DNA from: the human T2T-CHM13v2.0 reference genome, Homo sapiens
DNA: 64,000 bases
Assembly (NCBI RefSeq): GCF_009914755.1
Contig: NC_060932.1
Direction: 5' to 3' (one strand)
A program made the translations under genes and the position numbers. Below, piece by piece: positions 42,970 to 55,492 of this stretch. A model generated the notes under the pieces. The model did no database searches, was not told the DNA's origin, and worked only from the letters and a program-made list of their open reading frames with translations. Position 1 is the first letter of the stretch. Each line of letters begins with the position of its first letter.

Positions 42970-43329
42970 TCATCTTTCTTTCTTTCTTTCTTTCTTTTTC
43001 TTCTTTCTTTCTTTTCTTCCTTTCCTTCTTTCTTCCTTTCTTCCTTTTTCTTCTTTCCTTTTCTTTTTTTCTTTCTTTCTCTCTCTCCTTCCTTCCTTCC
43101 ATCATCCTTCCCTTTCTTTCTTCCTTCTTTCCTTCCTTTCTTCCTTTCTTCTTTCCTTCCTCCTCCTCCTCTTCCTCCTCCTCCTCCTTCTTCTTCTTCT
43201 TCTTCCTCTCCTCCTCTTTCTTTCCTTCCTTCTTCCCTCCCTCCCTCTCTGTCTTTTCTTTTCTTTTCTTCTTTCTTTCTTTTCTTTCTTTCTTCTTCTC
43301 TTCCTTCCCTCTCCTTCCCATCCTCCCTC
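42869..43329. repeat. ~460-bp compound polypyrimidine tract: (TTTC)n, (TTCC)n, (TCC)n, (TTC)n
   Basis: Read directly; only about five purines on the + strand. Confidence 0.98.
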
Positions 43330-43574
43330 ACTACTTTGCAGCTTGACTTGAAGCCTTTTGGCTTGCAGAAGACTGCTTTCGGCATCGTGTAACACAGGTA
43401 ATGGGTCTGTCTTTCTGTGTGACTCTGACCCTGTCTCTTCCCCTCTCTTTCAGCATCATTTTTGGGTTTCGAGTTTAGGAATGTAGCTGAATTACACTCT
43501 GTGAAGGCCCAGAATGCCCCAGAAGACTTGTATCAGCTCTCTTGCCCCTCTCCAGAGTCTGAGAGATGAAAACC

Positions 43575-45890
43575 CAGAAAACTTCCTTCATTTTCTATTT
43601 TTGATATTTTACAGATGTTACTCCACTCTCTTCTTGTTTGCATTATTTCCGATGAAAAATCTTTTGTCATCTTTATTTTCGCTCCGCAGTTTATGACATT
43701 GTAGTTTATGTTTCTAGATGTTTGATTGTGTTTTGTTTTTATATCTTTCATGTCTCTAAATTTTCCAACATATGAAATACAGTTATAATAACAATGTTAA
43801 TATCTTTGTCTGCTATTCACAGAATTGTTATTCACAATTGTAATATCTGTGTTAGTTCTGGGTTGATTTTTATTGCTTGATTATGGGTCATTTTTTGCCT
43901 GCTTGATTGTATGCCTTTAAGCTTTGATTAGATAACAGATACTGAGAATGATATTTATTAGGTACTGGATATTTTTTAATTCCCGTAAGAATTCTTGAGA
44001 TTGGCTCTGAAATGCAGTTAAGTTGCTAAGAGAATGTTTGATCTTTTTAGGTCTTGCTTTCATGATTTTTTTAAATGCAGAACTGGAAACATGCCCAGTC
44101 CATGGTTAATTACTTCCCCAAACTGATACAAAACCCTTCAGATAGTCTACCTAATGCTTCAACAGCAGATTTTTTAAAGCTGGCTGGTGTAAAAAGACAT
44201 TGTTCCTGGTCCTGCGTGAGACACTCTTAACACTCATCCCTTTGGGTGATTCTTCCTCAGCCTTGGGTGGTTGGCCTAGATGCACGCACTGACCAGTACT
44301 CAGATGAATACTGAAGCAGACTCTATGTCTCCGCAGTTCTTTCTCTGGGCAGCTTTCTTTTTCCTGGTAATCTGTCTTGTTTACTCTAGCTGCTACAGTT
44401 TCTCTAGACTCTTAGATTCATTGCTTCAAGAATTTGGTGTCCTCCTTGAGATTTTCTCAAGGTTGTAAACTGGGAAAAGTAGAGCTCACCCTCTTCACTT
44501 GCCATTTCTCAAAGATCACTGTTTTCCATTACTTGATATCAACTATCTTGAAAGCTGTTTCATATATTTTGTCAAATTTGTGATTGTTTCAGGCAGTGAT
44601 AACTCTTGCTCCTGTTATGATGTCTTGGGTGGAAACCCTTTCCCCATTCTTAAGACTACTGCTGCTTTATACTTTAAGGGAGTTTTCAAATACCACAGGA
44701 ATTACTCCTTTTCAGCTTACCTGACCATTTCCCAAACCTTGGTAATATTCCTGAAAACTTGGTAAAGATTCATGAGAAGGAGTTGGCAGATGGTGTAGAA
44801 TTGCTCTGTGCCAAGGCTCACCTCTTACGTAAAATCACACCCAGCCATTAAAGCTTGTTAAAATTTGTCTGCTGGCTCCATAGTCTATGTTGTTTAGCTT
44901 TTCCTCCTCTCATTTTATCAGGAGGTAAAAGCAGCTATGAGTCTCTTTTTTCCTATAAAGGTCTAAGAGCTTTCTAATGTTTAGTTCATTGGGGTTTCTT
45001 TGCATGCTCAGCTCTCTGATGAGTTTGGAAAAAAATGGTGATTTTCTAGCATTTTAAACTAGTATTGGTATTAGTAAAAGCCATGTTATTTTAAGAACTT
45101 TCTACAACCTATCCAAAGGGATTTGTTTCTTGTAACCTATGCCTTCATTCAGGTTTACTTTGCTTTTTTGCAATACATCCTCTCAATGATTCCTTTGGGG
45201 AGAGTCTAAGGAATGTTATCTATGGATACTTGTTAATGTCTTTAATTTATCTTTGCTTTTGAGTAATATTTTAATTACTAAATGTATTTCATAAAATATA
45301 AAAAGTTATTTTCCTTGAGACCTGAATGTATTATTCAATTGTCCCCTGGTATTTTTTGCTACTCAGAAGATGTCTACTCTGAACCAAATATTCCTTTGAA
45401 GGTAATCTGTCTTCTTTTCCTCTGGTAGCTTTTGAGATTGTGTCTTTATACATAAAGTCTGCGGGTTTTCTATAGCATGTTTAATTTTGTATATATTTTA
45501 GTTTAACCATCCTAATATGTGGATTACAACTATGTATAAGTTTCTTTTTGATACTGGGAAATCTTCAGCAATTATTTTTTCACATGTTCCTTTTGTCCAT
45601 ATTTTGATTCTTTCTATTCATTTTTATGCTGGAATATGTAATCTTAATTTTTGATTCATGTGGTTTATTTGTATATTGGAACTGGCTGAATTCTCAGCAG
45701 TATCTTTCATTTTCCAATTTACCAATTTGTCTTTTGATACTATTACATATTTATACATCTATGATTATTTTTTTAATAATTAATTCTTATTTTTCTTAAC
45801 TACCTAATAGCCTTTATTTAATAATTTCCTGGTTTTTAATATAAGCTATGACCTAATTATTTCCTCTAAAAAACTTTAAACACATTTGCA
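43575..45890 (-). mobile_element. Ancient L1M/HAL1-type fragments
   Basis: T-rich antisense L1 character: TACTCCACTCTCTTCTTGTTTGCATTATTTCCGATGAAAAATC, TTCTTGAGATTGGCTCTGAAATGCAGTTAAGT, CCTTTGAAGGTAATCTGTCTT, CTGGGAAATCTTCAGCAATTATT. Confidence 0.6.
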
Positions 45891-46614
45891 GAGGTTACCC
45901 CTTTATGTATAATTTTGCTTTCTGCTGTTTCAATGACCTATGGTCAAATATGGCCCAAAAATATTAAATGGAATGTTCCAAAAATAAACAATTCATGCAT
46001 TTTAAATTGCACAGTGTTGCACATGGCATGATAAAATCTCACACTGTCCTGCTTTATTCCATCTGGAATGTGAAACCTCCTTTTGTTCAGAGTCTCCATG
46101 GTGTAGGTGCTATGTGCCCATTAGTCTCTTAGGAGCCATCTTGGTCGTCAGATTGACTGTTCAGGTATCACAGTGCTGTGTTCAAGCAACCGTTAGTTTA
46201 CTTCATAATACCCTAAAACACAAGAGGAGTGACGCCAGCAATTTGGGCATGCCAAAGAGAAGTCGTCATGTGTTTCTTTTAAATAAAAATGTAAAAGTTC
46301 TGTATTTGATAAGGGAAAAATAAATTGTAGGCTGATGTTGCTATGATTTATGGTAACTTGAATGAATCTTCTATCCATGAAATTGTAAAGAAAATAAGAA
46401 ATTTGTGCTAGTTTTGCTGTCAAACTTCCAACCACAAAAGTGATGGTCACAGTGTGTGACAGTGCTAAGTTAAGACGGAAAGGTCATTACATTTTTGAGT
46501 GGAAGACATGAAGAGAAATGTGTTCTGATTGATGGCGATCAGTTTGGTACTGTCATTTCAGGCATCCATGGGGGGGTCTTGGAACATATCCCCCCAGATA
46601 AGGGGGGACAACTG
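45890..46614 (+). mobile_element. MER44C/D-like (Tigger7 derivative) DNA transposon
   Basis: Ends TTTCAGGCATCCATGGGGGGTCTTGGAACATATCCCCCAGATAAGGGGGGACAACTG+TA; shares internal sequence, inverted, with the 23733-24266 copy. Confidence 0.85.
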
Positions 46615-47142
46615 TACCTTAATAAATTTTACATTCTTTCATGACACTAATTTAGTGTGGAATAAATTCATGCCCCATGTGCTGACTTTATTGGTTTTCT
46701 CACTTAGCTTTAGGTACTCATTTATTTTGAACTTTTAATTTGCACATTCATTTAGACTGAGCTTTCCTTTCCTTTCCATTCTGTTCTTTTCTCTGTATTT
46801 CCTTGTGTGTCCAGTAGTTTTGAATTTTTGCAGCATTCCTTTTTGGCTTCCAGTCTAAAACAAGGTCTTATTATAGGATTTTAGTGGTCTTACCCCATGT
46901 TGATATGGTAAATTAGAGAGTCAGAGTTTTCAAAGAGCCAGTTAGTTGCTTGTTCAGGTTCCAGATTCTTGGACTATGACTGTGCCTTCTAGTGTCCCTG
47001 GGATTGCAGCTCCAGGCATCATGAGGGAGTAGTTTATCTTCAGACTCCTTTATGAGCTAGGAGATCTCTGTAGCCCTAGCCTTCCATAATTAAGATGATT
47101 TCCAGTCCTCATCTTTCATCAATACATTTAATCTTCATAACA

Positions 47143-47538
47143 TCACCCAAATCTTATGTTGAATTGTAATCCTCAGTATTGGAGGTAGGGAATGGTAGGA
47201 AGTGATTGTATCATAGGGGTGGATTTTTCATGACTGGTTTAGCACCATCCGCTTGGTACTGTCCTCATGACAACGAGTGACATCTTGCAAGATCTGGCAG
47301 TTTAAAAGTATGTAGCACCTTGCTTTCTCTCTTTCTTACTCCTGCTTTCCCATGTGGCACACAAGCTCCTGCACCACCTTCCACCATCATTGTGAGCTTC
47401 CAGAGGTCTCCCCAGAAGCAGATGCCAGTGCTATGCTTCCTGTTCAGGCAGCAGAATGTGAGTCAATTAAACTTTTGTCTTTACAAATTACCCAGTGTCA
47501 GGTATTTCTTTACAGCAATGTCAGACTGAACGAATACA
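47143..47538 (+). mobile_element. MSTA MaLR LTR (first ~20 nt missing)
   Basis: CACCCAAATCTTATGTTGAATTGTAATCC...GGTTTAGCACCATCC...CCCCAGAAGCAGATGCC...CAGGTATTTCTTTACAGCAATG...AATACA. Confidence 0.9.
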
Positions 47539-48101
47539 GAAAATTGGTACCAAGAGTGGGATATTGCTATAGAGATACCTGAAAATGTTAGAACTGGGTA
47601 ATGGGCAGAGGCTGGAAGAGTTTGGAGGGCTCCAAGAAAGACAGGAAGATGAGGAGAAGTTTAGAATTTCTTAGAGACTTTTTAAATGAGTATGACCAAA
47701 TGCTGATAGTGATATAACAGTTAAATCCAGTATAATGAGGTCTCAGATGGAAATGAGAAACTTATTAGGAACTAGAGCAAAGGTTCCACTTGATATGCCT
47801 TAGCAAAGAAATTGACTGTCTTGTGTCCATTCCCTAGAGAGCTGTAGAAATTTGAACTTAAGAGTGATGATTTAGGGTACCTGGTGGAAGAAATTTCTAA
47901 GCAGCAAAGTGTTCAAAAAGTGGTGTGGCAGCTTGTATTAGTAACAGCTTATGGTCAGATGTGGGAGCAAAGAAATAAGTTGGAACTTACATTTAAAAAA
48001 AGAAGCAGAGCATAAAAGTTTAAAAAAATGTGAATCTTAACCATGTGGCAAAGAAAGAAAAAGCTTTTTTTGGAAGAGGAATTCAAGTGGGCTGCTGAGC
48101 A
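47539..48101 (+). mobile_element. MSTA internal region, truncated
   Basis: GAAAATTGGTACCAAGAGTGGG start; GAGGTCTCAGATGGAAATGAG, GGAAGAAATTTCTAAGCAGCAAAG; ends abruptly at GGCTGCTGAGCA. Confidence 0.88.
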
Positions 48102-49262
48102 CTTGACGAAAAAGAGATGACAGGGTTTTTAATCCAGGTCAAGATATACCAAGAATAAGTTTTAGATGTATAAACTTTTATCATTTACTTTGTTTTACTT
48201 CCTATTTGTAAGCTTTGTTTTCAGTAATGCCAATTTTCTAAAAGTATTTAAAGTCAAAATTTTGGCACTCTACTTATTTGAATACTTTATTGAAGTTTTC
48301 CAAGTTATTTTGAACAAGTTGTAAAATAATTGAGAGCACATTTGCAAACGTATTCTGTACCATTAAAGTATACTTTTTCGAAGGCTAAAACATTATATAA
48401 AAGTTTTGCATACCTATTTGTCTTCTAAATAATAAGTACCTACTCTTAACAAGATTTCATTAATAATTAATATGCCTAATTTCAAAATATTTTTGTTTTA
48501 TCTTAGTTGTGCTTGCTCTTCTACTCAGTATCATATTACTTAAAATTGGAAATGAAAAGATAAAACAATTATAATTTGTACTTTTTAAATTAAACTATGG
48601 AATGACACAAAAATGGAAATAAATGCAGGTATTTGCCATGTTACTGGTATTTTTTAAATTAGCAATTATTTGCCAGGCCATTCAGGTAGTTTTCTTGAGC
48701 TAATATTCAGACACTATGTTTTTGGAATATTCCATCAGAATATTTAGATTTTATAGGAAAGATTTCATTGACTTTTTTTTTCTAAAGGCAAATTTACTTT
48801 TAGCCCTCATTTAAGTGGACATGAATAGTGAACCATGAGACGTTTCATTAAGTTACATGCTTTTCAGTAATGAAGACACGTTAGCAAGTGGGTTTCAGAT
48901 TCAAAGGAATTCTTTTTTCATCAAAAACCCAGTTGATCTTTAAACTTCCTTTTGAGCTTTAAACTTTTAGTAATGATAAATTATAAAATTACTGATGGAT
49001 TTTTTTAACTTATATTAACTATATCAGAAAGGGATCATTTTGACAGAGATTATTATATTAAGTAAAACAAAAAGTTTCATAAATATCAAATGACAGAGAA
49101 TCAAATGTGTAATAAGACCTAGACAAAAAAAAATCTAAACAGACATTTCCTTTGGTGTCATTTAATAAATTCTTTTGTACAATATTTTTTGCAGAAAAAA
49201 ATGGAAACTAACACTACAGAGGTGTGTTCTCTATTTTGTGTCTGACGTAAATTTAATTTTCT

Positions 49263-49723
49263 TGTTAAACAAAAATTACGGGAGACCACCGTTTTGGACT
49301 GAGCTCCTGCACTAAGGCCCCAACATACCAGACCAAACTAAAATGGATTCATTCATGCTAAATGTCACACAATCAAGCAGAAACTGTAAGAAAATTGGTA
49401 GATTCTCGAAACAGGCCAGATTTTCCTGAAAACAGCAGATTCCAGTCTACCCAAGTCAGCATAATAAGATAGTCCCCTCTGCTTTAACCTTTTCCAAAAA
49501 AAAAAAAAAAAAAGGTAAGTGAAGTAAACTGACATTAACAATCTGCTCTTTTTTTTTTTCTATTTTTTTGTTTCCTTGTCCCACTTTCAAAAATCCAGTT
49601 ATCCACCACTGCCCAGTGGGAGCTCTCATTGTGTTTTATAGACTGAAGGCTCCCTGATTCACGAAACACAAATCAAGCTTATTTAATCTATAAGTAAATT
49701 TATTGTAATTTTGTCTTTTGATG
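49263..49723 (+). mobile_element. MER31-type ERV1 solo LTR
   Basis: TGTTAAACAAAAATTACGGGAGACC...TTTTGGACTGAGCTCCTGCACTA...CCAGACCAAAC start; ends GTAATTTTGTCTTTTGA. Confidence 0.85.
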
Positions 49724-51106
49724 CGATTTACTAAAACTGTATATACTTTTTTCCTTAGTATGTGTTCAATTCCTTTTAACAAATATTTTGTGTTATTTTT
49801 CTTATTAAAACCTGAACCCTTAAAGTTAAAAAGACACCTTAAAGCTACAAATACCTTCTTGAACTTCTTGAACCAATTGACAATTACATCCAGATTCTGA
49901 TGTCCTTGGCAAATGCCATGCCATTGAGAACGGTGCCTGTACAGGGCTATTCCTTTCAGGATTCATCACACACTTACCCAATAAATAAATAAATATCCTG
50001 AGATACAGCATAAAAGGAATAAATTGAGTATATTTTATTCTGATGGATTTTAGTTCTTTGTATTTTTAGCGGGTTTCTACTTTCCCTGTTCTTTTGTAGG
50101 CATATTTTGTAGGCCAGTATCATCCTATCTCCCAAGAGGTACTCTTGCCTCTTGCTTTGGCCAGAGTCTGTTTTACTGAATATATGGCTTGGCCCTTTGA
50201 CAAGGATGAATTGTTTGTTTGCTCATTTGTTTTTATTGCCCTAGGTCCTCAGGAGTTTTCTTACAGGATTGGCAATCACTGCTTGTTTGCTAGGTGCCTG
50301 ACCCTTTTATCCTCTGTGTCATCGCTCCTGGCTGTTGTGATCTCCTCTTACATCTTGGCATGAAGATCTTTACTCAGTTATACTTTGGTTGTTACTAAAC
50401 CCTTTGGTGGTATCCCTCAAATCTTCTACTGTCCTGGCAGTATTTTCAAAGTGCTGTGTATAGTGATCCTCTGAATTTTTTTAAGGTTTCTCAGTACATA
50501 TTGTTTTTCTAGTACAATGAATAGTTTCTTACGGAAGTTTCTTATTTCATAGGATTTTATGAGAGTCAAACTATCTCAGTTATTTCAAAAGCATGCTTAT
50601 AACCAATGCACTTATATTTTACTGCTTATTTATGGTCATACCTAATAGTTTCTATAAAGCAGAAAAGACAGTTTTCATAAAAATCCATTGACGGCAAAAA
50701 TAATAAGTCAAGACTACTTATAGTTTTAAAATTGCAATGTCAATTACTTCTTGGACATCTTCGTGGGTTTTATTATTCTTCTTAATGTTTTCTTAAAGTT
50801 TTCTTTTGAGTAACATACTTTCATATAGTATTTAATTTGACCATGCAACAATGCTATGAGAGATAACCTATCCTAGTAACTTCAGAAGCAACATCAAAAA
50901 TATTTTAAAGAAATCTTCAATCTAAGATAATGCACTCAACCATTAAATACTGTGAGAAAATATATAGTAAAATAAAGCATGCTAAAATGTTTTATGAACT
51001 GTTATACAAAGGTTAATTATTTTCAGTATTATTAATTATACCTTCTTAATGGTCCATGATAGTATTTTCAATGTGAAGAGGAAAAAATGAAACAGACTGA
51101 AATTAA

Positions 51107-51404
<298 letters not shown>

Positions 51405-51559
51405 TCATTTTTTATTTATGTAAGGACAGTGTTTTACTGGTGATTAGGACAATCTGGCTGATGCTTATCATTAAAATTTATCATCACCAAACATTATCAT
51501 ATTTCTCTAGTAAACTCTTTCTCTTCACAAAAAGAGGTATTTTTGTAGTTGACAAAGAA

Positions 51560-51680
51560 TGAATCTGAATGAACTATTTGCTGGGTTTGTATCTAAGCTC
51601 TTTCACTTACCTGACCTGAAATTTATTATCTAAAATTGGGGTAATAAAATGACTTATCTTAGAGAGTTATTATAAATCAC
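51560..51680 (+). mobile_element. MIR fragment
   Basis: CTGGGTTTGTATC...TCACTTAC...TATCTAAAATTGGGGTAATAA...AGAGTTATT. Confidence 0.5.
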
Positions 51681-51769
51681 AAACAATGATAACTTAAAAT
51701 TTAAAAATATTTTAAATAAAAAGTATATTTTTATTTAACAAGAATAAAAATATTAGTTTTTTCTCAAAT

Positions 51770-53170
51770 ATTTGACACTTCTTCCCACCTTCCTTTTTGG
51801 CATATGACCTTTCATATTAGAAGCCATTAGATGGGAACTTTCTCATGGTTTCTCCATCAAATCTGCAAGCCTATGGTCATCTGTGCTCATCTTTTCCTTT
51901 AATCCATTAATAATGGAGGAAACTTTCTCACCTACCCAAGACAACTCTTTCTGTTTGCTTGGAAACCCTTGATTTTCCCCTTTATCATCACTGAGATCCT
52001 TTAAATTAGGATCCTTTAAATCTTGTTAGGCTCAAAATTTTTGCTTTATAATTGATTATTCTCATTAGGATTCTGACATCTATCATCATTTGTGTTAATA
52101 TCATCGGCATTTACTTCTTCATTACTCTATTTTTCTTAATTATTGACCTATCCTCACTCTCCTTTAAGACCAAACTTCTTGAAAGAGTTGTTCATATGTG
52201 ATTGCTGCTATTTTATCAGTTTTCATTCGTTCTTTATTCAATTAAAAGCTTGGCTTCCAGTTGCACTTCTCCATCAAAACGACTCTGGCTAATATCACTT
52301 ACCAAGTTCCATGCTGTTAAATTTCATGCATACTATTTCTGTCATTTTATATGTTCTGACACTGCATTGCACACTGTTGATTACTCCACTCCTTAAATTT
52401 TTATGCACCCTTCTCTTGTGGCTTCTATGACACGGTATTTTTTCTTTACTTTATCTTCTTAGTTTTTTGTTTGCCAAACTTTTTTCTTTTATTTAAGAGC
52501 ATCTCAAATTGGAGTGGGCCATGAGACAGTGCATCTCTACAACTTCCAAGTAATGCAGACGTTGTTATTCTGTAGACCACACTTTGAGAAAAATGTTTCT
52601 ACAGTATAACTGAAAATCCTTAAGTCACAGACAGCTCTTATTACTTCTCATTCAGAAATCTCTCCCTAGTTGACCTCATGCATTCTCTTGGCTTTAAATG
52701 CCATACACATGCTAATGACTCCCAAGTTTAAATATCCATTCTGGCCCACTTTCTTAATTTCCAGATCTATATATCAAATCTCTACATGGCATCATCTCTT
52801 GAAAGTTTTACCTGCATTTACAAACTTTTAATTTCAAAAGCAGGACTCTTAAGCTTTCCTCCAGTTTTTTTGTTTTTTTTTTTCTCTTAATTACCCACTT
52901 CAGTCAATGGTGCCTCTATCTACCCAACAGCAAAAGCAGACATTTGATACCAGATTTTATCTTACTCATCTGTCAAGTGTAATTCCTTACCAAGTTATAG
53001 TTCACCTTTCTTTTAAATATATGAAGACTGTACACTTATTCTTTTTTCCCTACTTCTAGTCTAGCTTCTACTTATTCCTCAGGTTGTAGCTTAAATATCA
53101 ATTTCTTAGTTTATCTTTTGTAACTGTTCCTATGAATGAAATCATTTAAGTTATCTTGTTAAGAACTTTC
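51770..53170 (+). mobile_element. L2 fragments with a MER5A-like insert (~52495-52590)
   Basis: CCAAACTTCTTGAAAGAGTTGT, CACTGTTGATTACTCC, GGCTTTAAATGCCATAC...ATGCTAATGACTCCCAA; insert has CAAGTAATGCAGA...GACCACACTTTGAGAA. Confidence 0.7.
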
Positions 53171-53180
53171 ATAATATTTA

Positions 53181-53714
53181 TGTGGGTTAATAAAGGACCA
53201 ATGAAATTTGTGGAGGCAAAAGGAGAAGGTTATCTTCTAAAAGCAATTTGCATATTGCGTAGATGAAGCCTTTCATGCAAAATGAAATTGTGCTCCAAGG
53301 AGGGGTTGTAGGGTGAGCAATTATAAAGGCAAAAATCACAGGGCAGGGGAGTCAGCGGAGAGATGAACAGTCTTGATTGGATGACCTTTAAGCCCCAAAT
53401 CACCAGTCTGTCTTAATTGGCTGGTTCCGAGTGGTCAGTTTATTTATACCACGTGTTCTGTTGGTGGTCAGTTGGGAAATTTCCAGTTACAGTTTATCTC
53501 AGCACTGACAATAGGAACTGGTTTGGCTTGATTATAGAAAGGGCAGCCTTTTGACACTATTACAACTTCTTTCTGAGAACACAGTCATTTTCTGAACACA
53601 CAGGGTACATGACTGTTCTCCAACCCTGCCATGGCTGCCTGGATCTGCTTTTAATTTTTGGTTTCTTAGCCACAAGGAGTCAAGTTTTTCTCTGGGTCAG
53701 GGCATACTTTAACA
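53181..53714 (-). mobile_element. MER67-like ERV1 LTR
   Basis: Reverse strand begins TGTTAAAGTATGCCCTGACCC...GACTCCTTGTGGCTAAG...GCAGCCATGGC. Confidence 0.7.
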
Positions 53715-53733
53715 TGGCTCTTTTCAAAACCAT

Positions 53734-53736
53734 GCA

Positions 53737-53775
<39 letters not shown>
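53734..53775. repeat. (CA)n microsatellite
   Basis: Read directly, one interruption. Confidence 0.95.
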
Positions 53776-53776
<1 letters not shown>

Positions 53777-53800
53777 TTAAACTCCATGTATTTATATATT

Positions 53801-54383
53801 TGTATGGCCAAGGGAAACATCCCATTCACCCTTTGAAGGTTCACTGAAAAAATTCAACTGTCAAAAGGCAGATTTATAGGAGAGAAGGCATACAAATGTA
53901 TTAACATGCATAATGGAGCATCACAGAGTGATGATTCCAATCTCAATGTGGTACAGAAACTTAGCTTTTATACCATCTTGACCTGACGGAGAGAATGGGG
54001 ACTCAGAGCATGTCTCCAAATAGGTTATGGTAGTATAGTGGCAAGACAGTTATAGAAGGCAGAGAAGAGGAGGCCTGGCTAGCAAAGGTGTCTTGTTATG
54101 TAGATGAAACATCACAGGTGACAGACTTCAGAAAGAATAGATGGCGAATATTTCTTTCAGATCTTTAAAGGTGTCCAACTCTCAATTAATCTTTCCTAGA
54201 CTGGACAAGAGAGAGCCTGAGAGAAGGCCTGGTTGCATCAATGCAGATTTTCTCTACAAATTGCAAATCTTTCCCACAAAAGAGGACTTTTCAGCTATTC
54301 TTGTATTTCCAGCCCTTTCAAACAGCCATCTTGAAATATGTGAAATAAGTATATTTTGAGGTGAAATATGTTGGTTTCCTTCA
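53801..54383 (-). mobile_element. MER39/LTR29-family ERV1 solo LTR
   Basis: TG...CA termini; reverse strand starts TGAAGGAAACCAACATATTTCACCTCAAAATATAC; perfect 4-bp TSD TATT at 53797-53800 and 54384-54387. Confidence 0.85.
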
Positions 54384-55492
54384 TATTCATTTAATCAACA
54401 GTTTTGAAGCATAGGGACTCTATGAGGTGTTGGTACAATGTTAAACAAAACTAACATAATCTCTGGTTTATGGAGCTTGTGAGATTATGTCAATTTTGTT
54501 CAACATTGTACCAACACCAAGCAGAGTGCTTGCACTTCAAACATATTTGTTGAATGAACATTTTAATAAAGATAAAAAAGAGATGATAGGGTTTTAATCC
54601 AGATATCTTGACCTTCTAACTCTGTAATTTATTCTGCCTCTGTGATACTTAAGTCACTCAAACTCACATTGAATTAATTTTCAACTGTCATTAATTTAAA
54701 TAACTGCTTGATTTCTCCCTCAGGCCTTTGCTGCTAGATAGAATAGTTCACTGTTTCTCAATGTCAGCAGTGCTTTGTAATTGGGCTACCTGAAAACCAG
54801 GATTTGGTTACATTTTGTTAAAGAACAATTAATTACCACAAGGTATAGAAAAAGAACTGACACCTAGAATCAAGAAATGCCTAAGATGCTAGAGATTATC
54901 TAATCAAAAGATGCCAAATTGATTTCCTCTTTAGTGTCAAAATCTATTAGTTCTTAATGACTCTGTGAAGGGCTAGGGTGAGAATGAATGTGAGTCCAGC
55001 TTGGGCACAATGGCAGAGCATGCTGAGGTCTATTTGCAGTATTTGCAGTAGTTGCAGGATGGGACACTGGGGCTTTTTGATGTCTATTTCAATTCTGATT
55101 TGATACATAGATAAAGAATATGAAAATTAGGCAAAATATTTGCTGCAGTATAGGTCCCAGTACTAGTTTATGACAGAGTTAGGACTAGAATTTAGATTCC
55201 TAACTTTCAAATCTATTCCATAATTTCACTGCTGTTCCTAAAATGTTCTATTTATTTTAACCTTTTCTATGTTTATCTAAATTTTTTTCTAGACATTTAA
55301 TGGACATGCAATCTTTTGTTCTTATAGAACAAGAATGGGATAAACTTCAATGCAACAAAATTAAATAAGCTTCTTCAAGATAGTACATTTGATTTTCATT
55401 TATTCAGACGTCTAAATATTATACAAAGCAATTTTTTAAAAAAATCATTGAGTTAGTGTGATAGTTTTTGTGGGTGTCGACTGGGTATATGG

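Noticed and set aside
42684-43395. Four long ORFs (97-220 aa; F/S/L-rich or K/E/R-rich)
   Set aside because: Translations of the pyrimidine/purine tract, which cannot contain stop codons
51065-51090. ~20-nt similarity to 58507-58530 (ATGTGAAGAGGAAAAA)
   Set aside because: Short and A-rich; compatible with chance or MIR-like remnants
51995-52021. 12-bp direct repeat GATCCTTTAAAT
   Set aside because: Ordinary micro-duplication in a decayed L2
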